Positions 28,374 through 38,650 of a DNA stretch of 64,000 bases are shown here, one piece after another. A program made the translations under genes and the position numbers. The first letter of the stretch is position 1. Each line of letters starts with the position of its first letter. Under the pieces are notes generated by a model. That model worked only from the letters and a program-made list of their open reading frames with translations. It was not told the origin of the DNA and made no database searches. Source of the DNA: an uncultured delta proteobacterium (GTDB lineage Bacteria; Desulfobacterota; Binatia; Binatales; Binataceae); the NCBI GenBank assembly GCA_963711565.1, contig CAVQEQ010000003.1, positions 1,344,001 to 1,408,000 of the forward strand, read 5' to 3'.

Positions 28374-28550
28374 TTTTTCTTCGACTCTCCTTGATAGGGA
28401 AACATTGCGCCGCGCGACATGAGACGTGCAAGCGACTCAAGGCATTCTACTTAATGTTTCGTTCACATTCGCAATCCGGCCGGCGAGGATTGCGTGTGCG
28501 CGCGCATTCCCGCAATAGTGAAACCCCAAATCGGGAAAGGCAATCAGTAT

Positions 28551-28892
28551 ATGGCGCTCAATGAAGAATTTGAATCACGCATCGGAAAAGGCACCAAGGC
28601 CTCGGGCAAGCTCAACTTTCGGGGCCCGGTAAAGATCGAGGGCGAAGCGGAAGGCGAGATTACCGGAGAGGAAGTTGTAATCGCGACCGGCGCGGTCGTG
28701 AGCGCGCGGATTTCCGCCAGCAAGGTGACGATCGCGGGTGCCTTCAGCGGCGAAGTGACGGCGCGCGAGCGGGTCGAGTTGATGGCGACGGCGCGAGTGC
28801 AATGCACGATCAATACGCCGAGCTTCGTACTCAACGAGGGCGCGCAGTTCGACGGCGATTGCAAGATGCCGGCGAAGAAGCTCGCGGCTTAG
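28551..28892 (+). CDS. Bactofilin (polymer-forming cytoskeletal protein)
   Basis: Beta-helix repeats IGKGT..SGKL, IEG..EGEI, NEGAQFDGDCKM. Confidence 0.88.
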   Translation: MALNEEFESRIGKGTKASGKLNFRGPVKIEGEAEGEITGEEVVIATGAVVSARISASKVTIAGAFSGEVTARERVELMATARVQCTINTPSFVLNEGAQFDGDCKMPAKKLAA

Positions 28893-28903
28893 GCGAATCC
28901 ATC

Positions 28904-28996
28904 TCATCTAATGTGAACCCGCCGTGGGTTTCACACTTCCTTGGGCATCGACACCGTCGCGGGGGGGTGACCCCTGCACCCAGTTTCCATTACAAT
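28904..28996 (+). repeat. Two-hairpin repeat, copy 5, with a ~15 bp insertion
   Basis: GTGAACCC-gccgt-GGGTTTCAC..GGCA[TCGACACCGTCGCGG]GGGGGTGACCCCTGCACCCAGT. Confidence 0.8.
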
Positions 28997-29021
28997 CGCT
29001 GATTCAGAAGGAGCTTCAGTT

Positions 29022-30005
29022 ATGCGACCTGTCAAATTCAATGTCGGGCTTCCCAATGGCGATCCGGTTGCGACGCTGGCGACTGCGCGGCGAGCCGAGG
29101 AGCTGGGATACTATTCGGTTTCGATCGACGACCATTTCTTTATGCGCGGGTTGATGGCTGACGTGCGCGCGCCGCACTACGAATGCTTCACGATGCTGAG
29201 CGCGGTCGCGGCGGTTACAAAGAGCGTAAAGATGCTGCCGCTGGTTACGTCGATGTCTTATCGCAACCCTGCGCTGCTGGCGAAGACGATGGCGTCGATC
29301 GATAACCTTAGCGGCGGACGTTTTATCGCGGGGCTCGGCGCCGGCTGGTTCAAGGAAGAATACGACGCCTATAACTTTCCGTATCCGTCGAACGCGGAAC
29401 GGATCGAGCAGATGGGCGATGGTATCAAACTGCTCAAGGCGATGTGGACGCAGGACGAGCCGACCTATCACGGGAAGTATTTCAAGATCGACAAGGCCTA
29501 CTGCGATCCGAGGCCCGTCCAGCGGCCGCATCCGCCGATCCTGATTGGCGGCGGCGGCAAGCGTATCCTGGAAATCGCGGCGCAAGAGGCTGACATCCTG
29601 AATCTTAACCCGCCAATAACCAGGGGCTACGTCGATATCGCCCAAGCTCTCAAATTCGATCGCGCGACGGTGCTGAAACGTATCGAGATGATTCGCGGCT
29701 TCGTGAAAGCGGCGGGCCGCGCGCCGGACGCGCTCGAGCTCTCGGGCGGCGGGTTCGTGCTGATGGCCAAGGATCGCGCGACCGCGGATGCGATGGCGGC
29801 GGCGACGGCGCAGAGTCTTGGAATCGAAAACAACGAGAGCGTGCGGTCGTCGCTGCAGGTGATCATCGGCACGCCCGACGACGTCAAGCGCGAGCTTGAG
29901 ACTCGAATCGAGAAGTTCGGCATGACGTATTTCTTCCTGAACTTCATGATGCCCGATACGATCGAGATGTTCGCGAAGGAAGTGATGCCTGCGTTCGCGC
30001 GCTGA
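29022..30005 (+). CDS. LLM-class flavin (possibly F420)-dependent oxidoreductase
   Basis: AEELGY, DHF, YRNPALLAK, SGGRF.AGLGAGW, PVQRPHPPILIGG. Confidence 0.9.
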   Translation: MRPVKFNVGLPNGDPVATLATARRAEELGYYSVSIDDHFFMRGLMADVRAPHYECFTMLSAVAAVTKSVKMLPLVTSMSYRNPALLAKTMASIDNLSGGRFIAGLGAGWFKEEYDAYNFPYPSNAERIEQMGDGIKLLKAMWTQDEPTYHGKYFKIDKAYCDPRPVQRPHPPILIGGGGKRILEIAAQEADILNLNPPITRGYVDIAQALKFDRATVLKRIEMIRGFVKAAGRAPDALELSGGGFVLMAKDRATADAMAAATAQSLGIENNESVRSSLQVIIGTPDDVKRELETRIEKFGMTYFFLNFMMPDTIEMFAKEVMPAFAR

Positions 30006-30282
30006 CTCGCCCTTTACTCCTTGGCTCGCCTGATCACGCAGGCTCGGCGCACTCTGCGTAACTGCCTGTAAAACTTTCCGCGTAAAAGTTTCAAAGTTCA
30101 CACCCCCTGACCAGTGGGTTCTGCAGCTGGTCAGGGAATTTTCCTTGAATTTCCAGCTTTACTGACGAGAAGAGCAGGGCCCTGAAATTGCTTCTTCGCG
30201 GGGCTCAATGAGGGAATTCCAAAATTGAAATAGCGGCGAAGTTTGCCGACGCCTGAATAACGCATCCGGAGGGGTATGCGAC

Positions 30283-33200
30283 ATGAATCGACGGCTGAAT
30301 CGGTTAAACCGAGCTACACCATTTCTACGTTCCGGGTATTCAACTCTTTCCAGCATCATGCACGCCGCGGCGTCGCCAGCAAGATTGGCGGCGATTGCGC
30401 TGATGGCGCTGTCATTCGCTTTCACTGCGGTCGCGCGGGCGAGCGTCACTGGAGATCCATCCGAGTTCAGCCTGTGTCCGATAAATTTCGCGGCGCCAGC
30501 TGACTCGGCTACCGGCTTGTTGTGCTCGCATAGCGAGACCACCGGCGGCACGCTCACTATCGGCAACTCGACCGTAACGATCAGCGACAACCCCGACACC
30601 GTCAACTTCGGCGCCTACAGCGTCACCGGGGCGGGATTTTTCGGCCCCGAAGTGATCGTGACCCCCACCAACGGCGCGGTCTTCGGCGGTCCAGCCCAGG
30701 AGGTGCCGGGCGGCTTGCTTGGACTCACAGGCGTAACGGCCTCCGTCAACGATGTTACCTCCTCGATCGAACTGGCCGGTCCAATTACGCCGGCGACGGT
30801 CGTCAACCCGACGGCCACCGCAGCGTTCTTCTGCGCGACTGGCGCGCTGGGCGACTGCGATGACGGACCGAGTGCGTACAGCGTGGTTACGGTGCCGATC
30901 AAGATCCAGCTCAACAACGTCACGCTCGGCTCAAATTGCTTCATCGGCTCGGATGCCGACCCGATTGTATTGAACCTGCAGGAGACCACGACCAGCGCGC
31001 CCGTACTCGGCAGCGCGGGGAACGCGCTCCTCGTCACCGGGGTGGAAGTGGCCGACAACACCTTCGCCGTCCCGGTGGCGTACGGGTGTGGGCCTTTGGG
31101 TACGCTCGACGCGGCCATCGACTTAAAGGTCGGGCTGCCTTCGCCGTCGGGCAAGAACTCGGCGCTGATCGAAGAGAACGGCGAAACCGAAGTCGCCAGT
31201 TTCCTCGTACCAACGCCCACCGCGACCCCAAGCGATACCCCGACGGCGACTCCGACCGATGACCCCAGCGCGACATCGACTCCCACCGAAACGGCGATAG
31301 GCACCGCAGTCGCGACCGCGACTGCTACGCTCACAGCGACGGCCGCCGCGACGGAGACTGCGACGCCGACTCCGACCGCTACTGCAAAGGTGACCATCAA
31401 GCCAGCTTCGCTAACCTTTGCCAAGCAGGAAGTGGGAACAACCTCGACCGCCAAGGACGTGACTCTGACTAATCCAAACAGCTTCTCGCTGCAGATCAAC
31501 AGCGTGATGGCTTCTGCCGGAGATTTCAGCCTTTCGAGCGACGGATGCAGCGGCACTGATCTCGGACCCGGAGCAAACTGCGTAGTCGGCGTGGAGTTCA
31601 CTCCCAGCGCGACCGGAACCCGGACGGGATCGTTGACGATCTCCGACGCGGCCGCCAACAGCCCGCAGAGCGTGAGTCTCTCGGGCACCGGCATCCTGGC
31701 GAAACCTACTTATTCGCCAACGCACGTAAGCTTCGGCCAACAGCCGGTGGAGGTTCCCAGCTCCGCCGAAACTATCACTTTGACCAACCCCAACAGTATT
31801 TCTCTCAGCGTGACCAGCGTCGTGCCTTCGGGCGACTTTACCACGGTCAATGACACTTGCAGCGGAACCCAGGTTGCGGCAAACGGAACCTGCACCTTTG
31901 GCGTAATTTTCACTCCCTCCCAGACCGGGACCAGAACGGGGAATGTTGTCGTCACCGACAACGCGGTGACGCCCACGCAGACGATCAACCTGTCGGGAGT
32001 AGGCATCATCGTGACTCCGACCGTGTCGCCGACCTCTCTGTCGTACGGGAGGGTCGAGGTCGATACCATTTCGGCGGCACAAACGGTTATGCTCTCCAAT
32101 TCCAACGCGGTGGCTGTGACCTTCACTTCGATTACCGCCAGTGCCCCGTATGTCATAAGTGCGAATGGCTGTGGCGCCTCAGTGCCGGCGAACTCGAGCT
32201 GCCAGGTTTCAGTGACGTTCGATCCGACCTCTGCCAGCAAGCCGAATGGAACCACCGAAAATGGAAAGCTGACCTTCGTCGATAATGGGCATAAGTCCAC
32301 CCAAGTAGTGGACCTCACCGGCATCGCGTTTGGAACGGCGCCGTCACCAACCGCTAGCGCAACGCCAACGGCAACGTCGGCGGCGACGGCGACTCCAACG
32401 TCAACGGCAACGTCAACGTTGTCGGCGACAGCGACTCCAACTTCGACGGCAACATCAACTGCAACTTTAACAGCGACCGCAACGGCCACACGTACGGCCA
32501 CGGCGACCGCAACGCCGACCGTCACTGCGACGGCGACGACGACTACAACTGCGACCGCGACTACCACTCTGACCGCGACGGCCACCGCGACCGCAACATC
32601 AACCACAACTTCGACTCCGAGTGCGACGCCGACGAGCACGCCGGGACCTGAGGCTGGAGGCATCCTGATCGCCGGCGGCGATATCGGCGGCAAGCTGGAA
32701 GGCCTGCTGGAACTGGCGACCTCGACGGTGTCGAGCGCCGCGGCACAGGTCTTCAACACCTCGACCAACACCTTCACGGCGGTGGGATCGCTCAACACCC
32801 CGCGCGAGTCGGCTGCGGCTGTAGTGCTGCCCAACGGCAAGGTCCTGATCGTGGGCGGCGAAAACTGCCAGGCGGCGGCCTATGACGGCGCCACCAGCGG
32901 CGCCTTCCTGTGCACCGCGCTGCAGACGGCAGAACTGTACGACGAGAACACCCAGACCTTCTCGTTTGCCGGCAGCGGCAGCGACGGCCTGATGACGATC
33001 GCCCGCAGCGGTCCGAGCGCAACCCTGATCGAGGGCAGCGGCACTGCATTGGACGGCCAGGTGCTGATAGTGGGCGGCTCGACCGGCATCTCATTCCTGT
33101 CGGCCACCGCGCAGCCCGGGGAGCCGAGCGAGACCGCTCTCAACACGGGTGAGTTGTACAACCCGGCGACCGATGCTTTCACGGCGCTGCCCACTGCTAT

Positions 33201-34857
33201 TCCGGGATGCCCGGCGGGCGAGTCGTCGACAACCACGCCGGCATGCTCAGACGCGCTGCCTTCGACGTGCGCGTCACCGACAATTGAGACTCCGATCACG
33301 GCAATCAGTGAAAGCGGAACAACTGTCACCGTCACCACTGCGGCGAACCCGCCCGGCCTGACGGTTGGCAGCAGCGTTGTAATCGCCGGCGTAGTTAACC
33401 CGACCACCGGGGTAAGTATTGCGGGCTACAACAATGTCTTCAGCGTGGCCACCATCCCGACCAGCAGCACGTTTACCTTCACCGCCGCCTCCTCAGGTTT
33501 GGCTGCGGCGAGCAGCGGCTTTACCTCGGCCGGCAACATCCTGTCGGCATCGGAAAGCGGCACGCTGGTAACTGTCAACACGACGGCGAATCCGCCGGGT
33601 CTATTGGTGGGCAGCAACGTCACGGTTTCGGCGGTGAAGATTGGAACATCGTTCACCAGCAACGGTTACGACGGCGAGTTCGCCGTGACCGCGATCCCGT
33701 CGAGCACCTCGTTCCAATACACTGCGGCCACTTCGGGCTTGGGGGCGGCGTCGGGCGGTGGAGCGGCGACGGCCGACACGTTCGAGTGCGGCATACTGGA
33801 CCAGGGCGCGGCGGTGATCCCGGGCGCCAGCGGCGATGTACTTCTGGCGGGCGGCGACTTCATCGAGTTCCTCGGCGAGTCGTCGAATTACTCGTTCATC
33901 TTCAACCCGTCGATGGAGACCTTCTCGAAGACCATGGGCAACCTGGTTACGCCGCGCGAGCTGGCGTCGCTGGTTGCAATCCCGTCGGAAGGCACCGTGG
34001 TATCGTTCGGCGGCGTCGAAGCCAACAGCGCGGCCTGCCCGGCCAACAGCGGCGAGATCGTCGTGTCCACGCTGACCACGGCGGAAGTGTACAATCCGGG
34101 ATCACAATCCTGGGGCACGACTGCCAACAACATGTCTGTGAAGCGGGCGGCCACCGCGACGCCGATTGTGACCGGCGCGTTGGCGGGCGACGTGATCCTG
34201 CCTGGCGGCGTCGATGTGGAAGCGGGCACGCTGCCCTCGACCTGCGTGGCGCTGACCTCGTTGGAGCAGTCGGCGCAGTCTCAGACCGATCTGTACGAAC
34301 CGGGCACGGGAGCGGGCGGGACCTTCGTCGGCTCGACCGGCTCGCTCATACAGCCGCGTGAAGGGACGTCGCAAGGCTTCATCGGCGCGGGCGCCGACGA
34401 GACCCTGATGCTGGCTGGCGGCGGTGCGTGCACGCAGAAGACGCCGACCCTCGAGTCCGCACCGATAGGCACCGCAACCGCGGCGAGCGTCTGCGGCGCC
34501 ACTAGCGCGGAGAACGATTTCTCTGAGCTCTACAACCAGTTGACCCAGACCTGGACGCCGGGCCCGCAATCCGCCGGCGGCATCACGACCGCTGCGATCG
34601 CGTCCGCCAGTGAAAGCGGCAACACGGTGACGATCACGATGTTAACGGCGAACCCGGTCGGGTTGGCTGTTAACGGCAACGTGACAATCGCAGGCGTAAG
34701 CGTGTCGGGATACGACGGAACCTTCCCGGTAACCGCGATTCCGAGCAGCACCACGTTCCAGTACATCGCGCCCACGTCGGGATTGGGAGCTGGGACAGGC
34801 GGAAACGCGCTGGCAGTCACTACAGCCAATGCAGCGGCGACGGCGGTGCTGCCATAG
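30283..34857 (+). CDS. Large secreted multidomain surface protein (Ig-like ASH/choice-of-anchor-D x3, Thr-rich linkers, Kelch-like repeats)
   Basis: Signal peptide ending VARA; three P.SLxF..Q...C..C...F.P..TG.R.G units; R....A.VLPNGKVLIVGG...AELYD; start may be 30358. Confidence 0.8.
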   Translation: MNRRLNRLNRATPFLRSGYSTLSSIMHAAASPARLAAIALMALSFAFTAVARASVTGDPSEFSLCPINFAAPADSATGLLCSHSETTGGTLTIGNSTVTISDNPDTVNFGAYSVTGAGFFGPEVIVTPTNGAVFGGPAQEVPGGLLGLTGVTASVNDVTSSIELAGPITPATVVNPTATAAFFCATGALGDCDDGPSAYSVVTVPIKIQLNNVTLGSNCFIGSDADPIVLNLQETTTSAPVLGSAGNALLVTGVEVADNTFAVPVAYGCGPLGTLDAAIDLKVGLPSPSGKNSALIEENGETEVASFLVPTPTATPSDTPTATPTDDPSATSTPTETAIGTAVATATATLTATAAATETATPTPTATAKVTIKPASLTFAKQEVGTTSTAKDVTLTNPNSFSLQINSVMASAGDFSLSSDGCSGTDLGPGANCVVGVEFTPSATGTRTGSLTISDAAANSPQSVSLSGTGILAKPTYSPTHVSFGQQPVEVPSSAETITLTNPNSISLSVTSVVPSGDFTTVNDTCSGTQVAANGTCTFGVIFTPSQTGTRTGNVVVTDNAVTPTQTINLSGVGIIVTPTVSPTSLSYGRVEVDTISAAQTVMLSNSNAVAVTFTSITASAPYVISANGCGASVPANSSCQVSVTFDPTSASKPNGTTENGKLTFVDNGHKSTQVVDLTGIAFGTAPSPTASATPTATSAATATPTSTATSTLSATATPTSTATSTATLTATATATRTATATATPTVTATATTTTTATATTTLTATATATATSTTTSTPSATPTSTPGPEAGGILIAGGDIGGKLEGLLELATSTVSSAAAQVFNTSTNTFTAVGSLNTPRESAAAVVLPNGKVLIVGGENCQAAAYDGATSGAFLCTALQTAELYDENTQTFSFAGSGSDGLMTIARSGPSATLIEGSGTALDGQVLIVGGSTGISFLSATAQPGEPSETALNTGELYNPATDAFTALPTAIPGCPAGESSTTTPACSDALPSTCASPTIETPITAISESGTTVTVTTAANPPGLTVGSSVVIAGVVNPTTGVSIAGYNNVFSVATIPTSSTFTFTAASSGLAAASSGFTSAGNILSASESGTLVTVNTTANPPGLLVGSNVTVSAVKIGTSFTSNGYDGEFAVTAIPSSTSFQYTAATSGLGAASGGGAATADTFECGILDQGAAVIPGASGDVLLAGGDFIEFLGESSNYSFIFNPSMETFSKTMGNLVTPRELASLVAIPSEGTVVSFGGVEANSAACPANSGEIVVSTLTTAEVYNPGSQSWGTTANNMSVKRAATATPIVTGALAGDVILPGGVDVEAGTLPSTCVALTSLEQSAQSQTDLYEPGTGAGGTFVGSTGSLIQPREGTSQGFIGAGADETLMLAGGGACTQKTPTLESAPIGTATAASVCGATSAENDFSELYNQLTQTWTPGPQSAGGITTAAIASASESGNTVTITMLTANPVGLAVNGNVTIAGVSVSGYDGTFPVTAIPSSTTFQYIAPTSGLGAGTGGNALAVTTANAAATAVLP

Positions 34858-34885
34858 CCGACACCTCCAACAGATTGAACTGACC

Positions 34886-34920
34886 GGCGATGCCGTCCCT
34901 CGAAAGGGGGCGGCATCGCC
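34886..34920 (+). terminator. GC hairpin, probable terminator
   Basis: GGCGATGCCGTCCCT-CGAA-AGGGGGCGGCATCGCC; no T-tract. Confidence 0.5.
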
Positions 34921-35041
34921 GCATCAGCAGGTCTGCGCTTCGCCTGCAATCGATTGCGAGTTATGATGGCGAGCATGTTCGCGAAGGACGTGATGCCAGC
35001 AATCAGGCGCTGAGGCGCTGCTCGGCAACGAGGAGGAACCA

Positions 35042-35746
35042 ATGACACAGACGAAAGCGGGCGCGCCGAAATCGACTGCGCGACAGTACGCAGAATCGCT
35101 TGGTCTCGCGCTGATATTGGCGATCGTGATGCGTTCGTCTTTTGTGCAGGCGTACGTGATTCCGTCGGGGTCGATGGAGCCGACGATCCTGGTTGGCGAC
35201 CATATTTTCGTGAACAAGGTCGCGTACGGTTTGCGAATCCCCGAAACGATCGCGGGCGTCCACGTGCCCGGACTTTCCACCGGGAAGTACATCTTTCACC
35301 TCGCGCCGATACATCGCGGCGATATCATCGTGTTCACCGCTCCCTATGACCGCAGCATGGACTTGATCAAGCGGGTGATCGGCGTGCCGGGAGACCGAAT
35401 CCAGGTGGTCGATGGAGTCGTGTGGCGCAACGGCGAGCGGATAGCGGATCCTCATGCGTACCTTTCACACGACGCAACCTCTCGATCGCCGTTCCTCGCG
35501 AGCGACAATTTTCCGCCCCGGGATCCGCGCCATCCCGAGGCAGTTCCGGCGCCCGTGGTAGTGCCGCCCGGCAAGCTTTTCATGATGGGCGACAATCGCG
35601 ACGACAGCTACGACAGCCGCTTCTGGGGCTTCGCCGATCAGAACAACGTCGAAGGCCGCGCGTCAGTGATTTACTTTTCGTGGAATCACGACGGGCCGGG
35701 AGCGCTGCCGCTCCGATGGAATCGATTCGGCAAGGTCCTGGATTAA
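35042..35746 (+). CDS. lepB: Signal peptidase I
   Basis: IPSGSMEPT, IKRVIGVPGD, MGDNRDDSYDSRFWG. Confidence 0.93.
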   Translation: MTQTKAGAPKSTARQYAESLGLALILAIVMRSSFVQAYVIPSGSMEPTILVGDHIFVNKVAYGLRIPETIAGVHVPGLSTGKYIFHLAPIHRGDIIVFTAPYDRSMDLIKRVIGVPGDRIQVVDGVVWRNGERIADPHAYLSHDATSRSPFLASDNFPPRDPRHPEAVPAPVVVPPGKLFMMGDNRDDSYDSRFWGFADQNNVEGRASVIYFSWNHDGPGALPLRWNRFGKVLD

Positions 35747-35796
35747 GCGACTCCTGGCGGCTCTATTCGAGCCGGCCTTTCGTCAGGAGAAAAACA

Positions 35797-36974
35797 ATGG
35801 ACACCACTGCCGGCGAATACTATTTCACGCGACTCGAGACGGTCGCCTTCGGCATCGGCAAGGTTAACTCGCTCGGGCGCGAATTGTCGCGGCGCGGGGC
35901 GAAGCGCGCGCTTATCGTTACGGGCAAGACGCTCGGGCGGTCGAAACTGCTGGACAAAGTGAAGAGTGCGGCGGGTTCCGCGCTCGCGGGAGTTTTCACC
36001 GGCGCGGCGCAGCATGTGCCGTCGCATACGGTGACCGAGCTGGTTACCGAGGCGCGTCGCGTCGGCGCCGATGCGATGGTGAGTTTCGGCGGCGGCAGCC
36101 CGATCGACACGGTGAAGAACGCGGCGTGGCAGTTGATGGGCGGTCGCGCCGGCTCCGCACAATTGATTTCGCAAGCGGCGTCGCCGAGGGCGCTGGCGGC
36201 GGCGAGATCCTGCACATCGCAATACCGACCACGTTGTCGGCGGGCGAATTCACGCCGGCGGGCGGCGTCACCGACGAATCGACCAAAGTGAAAGGCGGCG
36301 TTGCCGATCCGCGCCTGCAGGCCAGGGTGGTGATTCTCGATCCCGCGCTGACCGTAGAGACGCCGTCATGGCTGTGGGCGTCGACCGGGATGCGCGCGCT
36401 CGATCACGCGGTCGAGGGTTCGTACTCGACGCGGCACCAGCTTGTGACCGATACGCTCGCGACGAAAGCGATCGCGCTGCTGAACGCGCATCTGCTGCCG
36501 TCGCTGCAAACGCATGGCGACGACGAGCTCGAGCATCGCGTGCAATGTCAGCTTGCCGCGTGGCTGTCGATTTTCGGCATGTCAAACACGCGCGGCGGAA
36601 TCTCGCACGCGCTGGGACATCAGATCGGGCCGATGTGGAACGTGCCGCACGGCATCACGTCATGCATCACGCTACCGCACGTGATGCGCTTCATGGCCGG
36701 CGTCGCCGCCGCTCGCTTCGCACCGATCGCGGACGGATTCGACGTCCGCTTCGACGCGCGCAGCCCACGCTCATCGGCGATGGAATGCGCCGATCGCACG
36801 GCCAGGTTCATCAGCAAGTTCGAGGTGCCGACGCGGCTGCGCGACGTAGGCGTGCCGCGCGAAGAAATATCGCGAATTGCGGGAACGGTGCTCGAAGAAG
36901 TGAAGCGCGCGAACACGGTGGGGGTCGAGGTGACCCTCGAGCAGTTGGTGGGAATTTTGGATGCTGCGTATTGA
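35797..36974 (+). pseudogene. Iron-containing alcohol dehydrogenase, frameshifted near 36151 (possibly a sequencing error)
   Basis: GGGSPID in the first frame; IPTT, DP.LT, ALDHAVE, SHALGH, PHG in the second; adding one G rejoins them. Confidence 0.8.
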
Positions 36975-37097
36975 GCGCGTGCAGTTACGGCCCGCGGCAA
37001 TTGCGAACAAAACTCTGGCGTGTCCTAATGACATCGCGATCGATTGTCGCACGCGCGGAAATGAAATGCATTGGGCTGCAATGAAACGGAGGAACGG

Positions 37098-37703
37098 ATG
37101 ATTAAGCTGTATGGAACGTCGATGTCGCGCGCGGCCCGTAGCCTGTGGGCGTTGGAAGAGGTCGGCGTCAAATACGAGCATGTGCCGGTGGGATTCACCG
37201 GCGAGCTGCGAAAGCCGGAGTACCTCAGAATAAATCCGAACGGGCACATGCCCGCACTCGACGACAGCGGGACGTTCCTGTGGGAATCGATGGCAATAAA
37301 TCTGTACATCGCGGAAAAATATGGGAAGGCGCCCCTGTGGCCGTCAACGGTCGAGGCTCATGGCGCGTGTTACCAGTGGAGCTTCTGGGGCATGACAGAG
37401 GTGGAATCGACGCTGCTGGAAATTTTTCTGAATCAGATGCAGCCAGCCGAACAGCGGGATGCAAAAGTGGCGCAGGCCGGAGTCGAGAAACTCAAGACGC
37501 CGCTCAAGGTGCTCGACGATCATTTGCAGAAATCCGATTACCTGCTTGGTAAGGAATTCACCATCGCAGACCTGAACGTAGCGTCCGTGATGAGTCTCGC
37601 GCCGCTCATTCAGCTTGATCTTTCGACGACTCCGACCGCACAGCAGTGGTTGCAGAAGTGTCTTGCACGGCCGGCGAATCAGAGAGCGGTCGCGATGAAA
37701 TAG
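37098..37703 (+). CDS. Glutathione S-transferase
   Basis: SRAAR.LWALEE, INPNGHMP, WESMAI, FTIADL. Confidence 0.92.
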   Translation: MIKLYGTSMSRAARSLWALEEVGVKYEHVPVGFTGELRKPEYLRINPNGHMPALDDSGTFLWESMAINLYIAEKYGKAPLWPSTVEAHGACYQWSFWGMTEVESTLLEIFLNQMQPAEQRDAKVAQAGVEKLKTPLKVLDDHLQKSDYLLGKEFTIADLNVASVMSLAPLIQLDLSTTPTAQQWLQKCLARPANQRAVAMK

Positions 37704-37924
37704 CTTGGGAGCAACAAATCAGACGCGGAGTGAATTTTCGGCAGCCATATTGACTTTGCGCGCCCCGGCTGTAGCTTTCATGTCTGTAGAGTCGTCGGCT
37801 GTGACTTGTGCCTCGTCGCGCAAGGCAAATGGTTCGTGCGGGGGAGAGACTGGACTGGGGACAATTGCAAGTTATTTTCCCACTGCTTCCGCGAGACATT
37901 CGATGAAGGAGCCAAGGTGATCTA

Positions 37925-38650
37925 ATGCCTGCGTGCGGGCAGTGCGGCAAAGATAACCCGGAGGGTACAGCATTCTGCGGATACTGTGCGGCTCCGCTGC
38001 CGCAATCGTCGAAAGCGGGTCCCAAACTTTCTTCGCCACAAATACGCGGAGGATCGCCGCTGCCCAAGCCGTCCAACCCCGAAATTCGCACGCCAACATT
38101 CCATTCGACGGCGCCAAGCGGGGGCGGCAAGGCCAACGCCGGCTTCGAGCTGATCCCGTGGAGCGAACTTTCCTCGGGCCAGAGGGCGGGACGAGTAGCC
38201 GCGGCTTTGGTCGTCCTGCTCCTGATTTCCTTCTTCCTTCGCGGAATCTTGCGGAGCCTGGTTGGATCGCGCGCGAGTAGTGAACCCTCGCCGGTAGCAG
38301 ATGGCGCGAACGCTCCGATTACCGATGGTGACCGCAGAGACGGAATCGAATCGCTCTGCAAGGTATTTCAGATCTACGGTCTGCCCAAGAACGACAGCGG
38401 CGCGACCGAAGCAGTGCACAACGCGGCCGAATTGTTTAAACTCGCCGGTAATCAGTCGCCCGAGCGGAGCACATACATCCTGACCTCGATTGTCGGGGAG
38501 TTCCGCGCCGGCAAACTTGGCGACACCGACTGCGCGCAAGCGGGAGCGCCGATCCCCACCAACCCGGTAGAGACCCCCGACAATTCGAGCCCTGACAATT
38601 CGAGTCCCGACAATTCGAATCCCGCTAGCCAGCCGGGCAGCAATCAGTAA
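37925..38650 (+). CDS. Zinc-ribbon membrane protein
   Basis: CGQCG...FCGYC, one TM helix, AAGGAG RBS. Confidence 0.7.
   Translation: MPACGQCGKDNPEGTAFCGYCAAPLPQSSKAGPKLSSPQIRGGSPLPKPSNPEIRTPTFHSTAPSGGGKANAGFELIPWSELSSGQRAGRVAAALVVLLLISFFLRGILRSLVGSRASSEPSPVADGANAPITDGDRRDGIESLCKVFQIYGLPKNDSGATEAVHNAAELFKLAGNQSPERSTYILTSIVGEFRAGKLGDTDCAQAGAPIPTNPVETPDNSSPDNSSPDNSNPASQPGSNQ
38576..38620 (+). repeat. 15-bp tandem repeat x3 (PDNSS)
   Basis: CCCGACAATTCGAGC CCTGACAATTCGAGT CCCGACAATTCGAAT. Confidence 0.8.

Noticed and set aside
32340-32645. Repetitive ACN/GCN-rich DNA resembling a tandem array
   Set aside because: Encodes the Thr/Ala linker; no fixed repeat-spacer structure, so not a CRISPR array.
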